Below are positions 59,607 to 64,000 of a stretch of 64,000 nt of DNA, piece after piece. Numbering within the stretch: the stretch's first letter is position 1; each line of letters starts with the position of its first letter. A model generated the notes under the pieces. That model was given only the letters and a program-made list of their open reading frames with translations. It had not been told where the DNA came from and did not search any database. Both the position numbers and the translations under genes were made by a program. The DNA comes from Burkholderiales bacterium (GTDB lineage: Bacteria > Pseudomonadota > Gammaproteobacteria > Burkholderiales > SG8-39), in the NCBI GenBank assembly GCA_046347635.1, contig JAXMFT010000004.1:153958-217957 (forward strand), given 5' to 3'.

Positions 59607-59936
59607 CTACTCCGGCTGGCTGTCGGCCTGGTGCTTCAGCGCCGCGTGCGGCCGCGCCCCGGCGCGGCCCTTGTGCTTGAGGAGCTGGCGGTCGAGCTTG
59701 TCCACCATCGCGTCGATCGCGGCGTAGAGGTCCTCGTGGTCGGCCTCGACGTGCAGGTCCCGGCCGCGCACGTGCACGCTCGCCTCGGCTTTCTGGCGCA
59801 GCTTCTGCACCGACAGGATCACGCTCACCGCGGTGACGCGGTCGGAGTGCCGCAGGCAGCGCTCGAGCTTCGCTTCGACGTAGCCGCGGATGGCCGGCGT
59901 GACCGCGACGTGGTGGCCGGTGACGGACAGGTTCAT
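59607..59936 (-). CDS. hpf: Ribosome hibernation promoting factor (sigma54 modulation protein)
   Basis: MNLSVTGHHVAVTPAIRGYVEAKLERC...LYAAIDAMVDKLDRQLLKHK. Confidence 0.95.
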   Translation of the reverse strand: MNLSVTGHHVAVTPAIRGYVEAKLERCLRHSDRVTAVSVILSVQKLRQKAEASVHVRGRDLHVEADHEDLYAAIDAMVDKLDRQLLKHKGRAGARPHAALKHQADSQPE

Positions 59937-59965
59937 CGGTGCGACCCTCCTCGCGTGGGGCGTGT

Positions 59966-61408
59966 TCAGAGCGACTTGCGGAGGTTGCCGGGCGGGATGT
60001 GCAGCGCCTCGCGGTACTTGGCGATCGTCCGGCGCGCCACCACGATGCCCTGCTGGCCGAGGATCTCCGAGATCTTGGAGTCCGACAGCGGTTTCTTCGC
60101 GTCCTCGGCCGCGACCAGCTGCTTGATCAGCGCGCGGATCGCGGTCGCCGAGCAGGCCCCGCCGGTGTCGGTCGCGACGTGGCTGCCGAAGAAGTACTTG
60201 AGCTCGAAGATGCCGCGCGGGGTGGCCATGAACTTCTGCGTGGTCACGCGCGACACCGTCGACTCGTGCAGGCCGAGCGCGTCCGCGATCTCGCGCAGCA
60301 CGAGCGGGCGCATCGCCACCTCGCCGTGGTCGAAGAAGTGCCGCTGGCGGTCCACGATCGCCTGCGAGACGCGCTGGATGGTGTCGAAGCGCTGCTGCAC
60401 GTTCTTGATCAGCCAGCGCGCCTCCTGCAGCTGCGAGGACATCTGGCCGGCGCTGGCGCGGTTCTGCTGCAGGATGTCGGCGTAGATGCGGTTGATGCGC
60501 AGCCGCGGCATCGCGTCGGGGTTGAGCGCGGCGACCCAGACGTTCTTCACCTTGCGCACCACGACGTCGGGGATGACGTAGCGGGTCTCGAGCTGCGCGA
60601 ACTCCGCCCCCGGACGCGGGTTCAGGCTCTGGATGAGCTTGTGCGCCGCGCGCAGGCTCGCCTCGTCGCAGCCGGTGAGTTTCTTCAGCTTCGCATAGTC
60701 GCGCGCGGCGAGCAGTGCGAGGTGCTCGCGCACGATCCGCAGCGCGAGCTCCAGCGCGGGCGTCCCGGCCGCGGGCAGCGCGGCGAGCTGGAGCTCCAGG
60801 CACTCTGCGGGCGAGCGCGCCCCGACGCCGGTCGGGTCGAGGTTCTGCAGGTGCCTGAGCGCGATCGCGAGGTCCGCGGCCTCCACGCCGAGCTCCGGCG
60901 GCAGCATGGCCGCGATCTCGTCGAGCGGCTGGCTGAGGTAGCCGTCCTCGTCGAGCGCGTCCACCAGCATCGCCACCAGGCGCCGGTCGCGCTCGGGCAG
61001 GGGCGTGAGCGAGAGCTGCTGCAGCAGGTGATCGCGCAGCGTGGGCGACTCGGCGGCGAGCTGCGGGTAGTCGGACTCGCCGCCCTCGTCGCGCGCGCCG
61101 CCCGCGCCGGCGCCCTCGAGGTACCAGTCGGTGTCGGCCGGGCGCTCGTCGTCGGGCGCAGCCGCCCCTTCGGACCCCGGCGCGTGCTCGGGCGCGACCT
61201 CTGCGAGCGGCTGGCTGCCGTTGATGCGCGGCGGGGCGTCGCCGTCCTCGTCGGTCTCCTCGCGCTCGAGGAGCGGGTTGTCGGCGAGAAAGCGCTCGAG
61301 CTCCTGGTTCAGCTCGATGGTCGAGAGCTGCAGGAGGCGGATCGATTGCTGCAGCTGAGGCGTCAGCGTGAGGTGCTGCGACAGCTTGAGCTGCAGGGTC
61401 TGCTTCAT
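59966..61408 (-). CDS. rpoN: RNA polymerase sigma-54 factor
   Basis: [29 protein letters not shown]..., and the RpoN box [10 protein letters not shown]. Confidence 0.98.
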   Translation of the reverse strand: MKQTLQLKLSQHLTLTPQLQQSIRLLQLSTIELNQELERFLADNPLLEREETDEDGDAPPRINGSQPLAEVAPEHAPGSEGAAAPDDERPADTDWYLEGAGAGGARDEGGESDYPQLAAESPTLRDHLLQQLSLTPLPERDRRLVAMLVDALDEDGYLSQPLDEIAAMLPPELGVEAADLAIALRHLQNLDPTGVGARSPAECLELQLAALPAAGTPALELALRIVREHLALLAARDYAKLKKLTGCDEASLRAAHKLIQSLNPRPGAEFAQLETRYVIPDVVVRKVKNVWVAALNPDAMPRLRINRIYADILQQNRASAGQMSSQLQEARWLIKNVQQRFDTIQRVSQAIVDRQRHFFDHGEVAMRPLVLREIADALGLHESTVSRVTTQKFMATPRGIFELKYFFGSHVATDTGGACSATAIRALIKQLVAAEDAKKPLSDSKISEILGQQGIVVARRTIAKYREALHIPPGNLRKSL

Positions 61409-61519
61409 GCCGCGGAAGGCAGGGGGTCCGGGGTTCGGGTGGGTGTGGGTCGGGTCGATGGCGCCGGGTTCCCGGGCGCGCCGCCTGCAGCGGCGCGGAT
61501 CCGCACGGCCTGCCCCCCG

Positions 61520-62242
61520 TCAGAGGCGGAAGTGCTCCCCGAGGTAAACGCGTCTAACGTTTTCATTGTAAACGATCTCTTCCGGCCGGCCGGCGGCGAG
61601 CACGGAGCCTTCGTTAATTATGTACGCCCGGTCGCAAATTCCCAGCGTTTCCCGCACGTTATGGTCGGTGATCAGCACCCCTATGCCGCGTTCCTTGAGG
61701 AACCGGATGATGCGCTGGATGTCGAGCACCGCGATCGGGTCGACGCCCGCGAACGGCTCGTCGAGGAGGATGAAGGCGGGCTTCGTCCCGAGCGCCCGGG
61801 CGATCTCGGTGCGCCGGCGCTCGCCGCCCGACAGCGACAGCGCCGTCGCGTCGCGCAGGTGCGCGATGTGCAGCTCCTCGAGCAGGGTGTCGAGCCGCTG
61901 CGCGATCGCGTCCTCCGGGAGCTCCATCAGCTCGAGGACGGCGCGCACGTTCTCCTGCACCGTGAGCCGCCGGAACACCGAGGCCTCCTGCGGCAGGTAG
62001 GACAGCCCGAGCCGCGCGCGGCGGTGGATCGGCAGCCGGGTGATCTCCCGCTCGTCGATGTAGATGCGCCCGCCGTCGGCGGCGACCAGCCCCACGATCA
62101 TGTAGAAGCAGGTCGTTTTCCCGGCGCCGTTCGGCCCGAGCAGGCCGACCACTTCGCCGCTCGCGACCTCGAGCGAGACGTCGTGCACGACGACGCGCTT
62201 CTTGTAGCGCTTGTTCAGCTCGATGGCGCGCAGGCGGCTCAT
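61520..62242 (-). CDS. lptB: LPS export ABC transporter ATP-binding protein
   Basis: [54 protein letters not shown]. Confidence 0.97.
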   Translation of the reverse strand: MSRLRAIELNKRYKKRVVVHDVSLEVASGEVVGLLGPNGAGKTTCFYMIVGLVAADGGRIYIDEREITRLPIHRRARLGLSYLPQEASVFRRLTVQENVRAVLELMELPEDAIAQRLDTLLEELHIAHLRDATALSLSGGERRRTEIARALGTKPAFILLDEPFAGVDPIAVLDIQRIIRFLKERGIGVLITDHNVRETLGICDRAYIINEGSVLAAGRPEEIVYNENVRRVYLGEHFRL

Positions 62243-62304
62243 GGTGGAGGCGCGCGCCGGCGGTCGGGGCGTGGCCGCCCGGTCGCGTGCGCGCGACGCG
62301 TCGT

Positions 62305-62880
62305 CTAGCCCTTGCCGAGCTCCGTTGCGGGGTTGAGCTCGAGCGGGGGCTTGGGGCTCGGGGCCGGCTCGTCCTTCTTCTTCGGCTGGATCACCGCGCG
62401 CACCCGGCCTTCGCGTCCCGGCGGGCCGGAGGCGTCCTTGGACGGCTGGACGCGGAACACCTCGGTGCGCGAGTCGTAGGAGATGTAGTTGCCCCGCACC
62501 TCGTCCTTGTCGCGCGCCACGCGCGCCTTGTCGTAGAGCTCGACGCGCTCGGCCTTGCCGTCGTACTCGATGCGCTGGGCCTCGCCCTCGATCCACTCGT
62601 CCACGCCGTCGCGCTTCTGGCGGAAAGTCGCCGGCGCGCCCACGGCGACGCCGGTCTGGAAGCCCTGCGCGTCCTGGCGCACGGTGAGCTTGTCGGCGCG
62701 CAGGACGAAGGTGCCCTGGGTGAGGACGACGCGGCCCTCGAACACCGCGATCTGCTTCTGGTCGTCCGCCAGCATGCGGTCGGCCTCGATGCTGACCGGC
62801 TTGTCGCGGTCGTCGCGCTCCGCGTGCGCCGCCGGGGCGAGCGCGAGGAGGACGAGGAGCGCGGCGAGCGGGCGGCGCAC
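62305..62880 (-). CDS. lptA: LPS transport periplasmic protein LptA
   Basis: Signal peptide, then [40 protein letters not shown] (OstA-like). GTG start. Confidence 0.92.
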   Translation of the reverse strand: MRRPLAALLVLLALAPAAHAERDDRDKPVSIEADRMLADDQKQIAVFEGRVVLTQGTFVLRADKLTVRQDAQGFQTGVAVGAPATFRQKRDGVDEWIEGEAQRIEYDGKAERVELYDKARVARDKDEVRGNYISYDSRTEVFRVQPSKDASGPPGREGRVRAVIQPKKKDEPAPSPKPPLELNPATELGKG

Positions 62881-62885
62881 GGGGC

Positions 62886-63479
62886 CTACCTCTGCGCCTT
62901 CCCGGGCGCGTCCCGGGACGCGTACGTCCCGCTCACGCGCGCCTTGAGCTCCAGCGTGCGCTTGGCGTTGTCGAACTCCATGCCCACGCCGGCGAGCCGC
63001 GAGCTTCCCTCGGTGATCAGCACCGGCTCCGGCGTGCGCGCCTGCTCGGTCTTCGGAAACACCTGGAGGTAGGTCGTGTCCATGCGCAACGGCGGGCGGT
63101 CCCCGACCGGGTCGCGAACGACGACGACGTTGCCGTACAGCCGCACGTCGTCGCCCTCCCGGTTGACCGTCCCGCGTTCCGCCGTGACGCGGACCGGCGG
63201 CCCCTTGACCGGGAACTGGGTGAGCCGCGGCTCCACGACCTCGGTCAGCTCCTCGTCCGGATAGTAGAGCAGGCGCTCGGCGGTGAGGCGCGACTCGGCG
63301 CGCCCGCCCTCGTCCATCGCGGTGGCGGTGATGCCGTCGACGACGAACTCCGGGACGCGTGCGCGCGCGGCGGAGGTCGTGCCGCTCGGGGCGCTGACGA
63401 TGAGCTCGAGCCAGAACGTGAGCGCGGCGAGCCCCGCGGCGAGCCCGAGGGTGAAGAGCGTGTTCGTGCGCAGTTTCAC
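62886..63479 (-). CDS. lptC: LPS export system protein LptC
   Basis: N-terminal anchor [16 protein letters not shown], then an LptC-like beta jellyroll. Position between kdsC and lptA. GTG 63479 chosen. Confidence 0.85.
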   Translation of the reverse strand: MKLRTNTLFTLGLAAGLAALTFWLELIVSAPSGTTSAARARVPEFVVDGITATAMDEGGRAESRLTAERLLYYPDEELTEVVEPRLTQFPVKGPPVRVTAERGTVNREGDDVRLYGNVVVVRDPVGDRPPLRMDTTYLQVFPKTEQARTPEPVLITEGSSRLAGVGMEFDNAKRTLELKARVSGTYASRDAPGKAQR

Positions 63480-64000
63480 GCGAGGTAGCGGGCCACCGCC
63501 GCGTCGAGCGCGCCCTGCGCGCGCAGGATGAGGTCGCAGACCTCGCGCGCGGCGCCGCGGCCGCCCGGCGTGCGGCTGACGTAGTGCACGCGCGCGCGCA
63601 CCGGCTCCGGCGCCTCCGGGACGGCGGCGGCGAAACCGCAGCGCGTGAGCACCGGCAGGTCCGGCAGGTCGTCGCCCATGAAGCCGCACGCGCGCGCGTC
63701 GAAGCCGAGCTCGCCGCGCACCCGCTCGAACACCGCGAGCTTGTCCTCCACGCCCTGGAACAGGCGGGCGATGCCGAGGCCGGCGGCGCGCGCCGCGACC
63801 GCGTTCGAGCGCCGCCCGCTGATGAGCGCGAGCTCGAGCCCCGCGCCCTGCAGGAGCTTCAGCCCCAGCCCGTCGAGCGCGTGAAACGCCTTGAGCTCCG
63901 CGCCCGCGTCGGTGAGGTACAGCGTGCCGTCGGTCAGCACGCCGTCGACATCGAAGGCCATCAGCCGCAGCCCGCGCGCCCGCGCCAGCGCATCGCTCGT
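63476..64000 (-). CDS. kdsC: KDO 8-phosphate phosphatase; the 5' end lies outside the window
   Basis: FDVDGVLTDG (HAD motif I), GDDLPDLPV. The frame is open to the window edge (…ARARGLRLMAFDVDGV). Confidence 0.9.
   Translation of the reverse strand, partial: TSDALARARGLRLMAFDVDGVLTDGTLYLTDAGAELKAFHALDGLGLKLLQGAGLELALISGRRSNAVAARAAGLGIARLFQGVEDKLAVFERVRGELGFDARACGFMGDDLPDLPVLTRCGFAAAVPEAPEPVRARVHYVSRTPGGRGAAREVCDLILRAQGALDAAVARYLA

Overview
This is a 64-kb, roughly 70% GC, gene-dense chromosomal segment. Gene order points to a betaproteobacterium (Burkholderiales- or Rhodocyclales-like): hprK sits inside the rpoN cluster, a Bug/TctC binding protein is present, and argH-algZ-algR-hemCDXY is syntenic. 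That assignment is inference only. Most of the window is housekeeping. In order it carries: ubiD (3' end), two small membrane paralogs, a lytic transglycosylase, dacB, two CbpA-type DnaJ genes bracketing a MacAB-like ABC exporter, a CpxP-like gene divergent from a NarI/HdrD-like redox pair, groESL with CIRCE, an OmpR/HK two-component pair, a DUF4212+SSS transporter, tRNA-Phe, hemA-prfA-prmC, modE/modABC, grxD, a Ser/Thr kinase operon, argH, algZ-algR, hemCDXY, hpaH-like, trmB, thiSG, tRNA-Gly-like, tctC, asmA, mutY, and rapZ-hprK-ptsN-hpf-rpoN-lptBAC-kdsC. The only clearly accessory stretch is tRNA-Phe / IS481-family element / large secreted SGNH hydrolase / degenerate EAL protein (22.6-27.2 kb). 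I found no CRISPR array, prophage or recognisable defence system. The main anomalies are these. (1) About 12 reading-frame breaks are confined to hemC-hemD-hemX-hemY, while every other recognisable gene I examined reads through in a single frame. (2) A consensus-quality sigma54 promoter with an upstream 22-nt palindrome sits in front of the degenerate EAL-only gene. (3) A kinase-cNMP / fructosamine-kinase / thioesterase operon is translationally coupled. (4) The tRNA-Gly(CCC)-like gene has an irregular 3' half. (5) The 3' region of groEL is heavily structured. (6) A 29% GC island carries nested palindromes. All coordinates and starts were derived by hand from the sequence and ORF track. Family calls rest on remembered motifs, not on searches.
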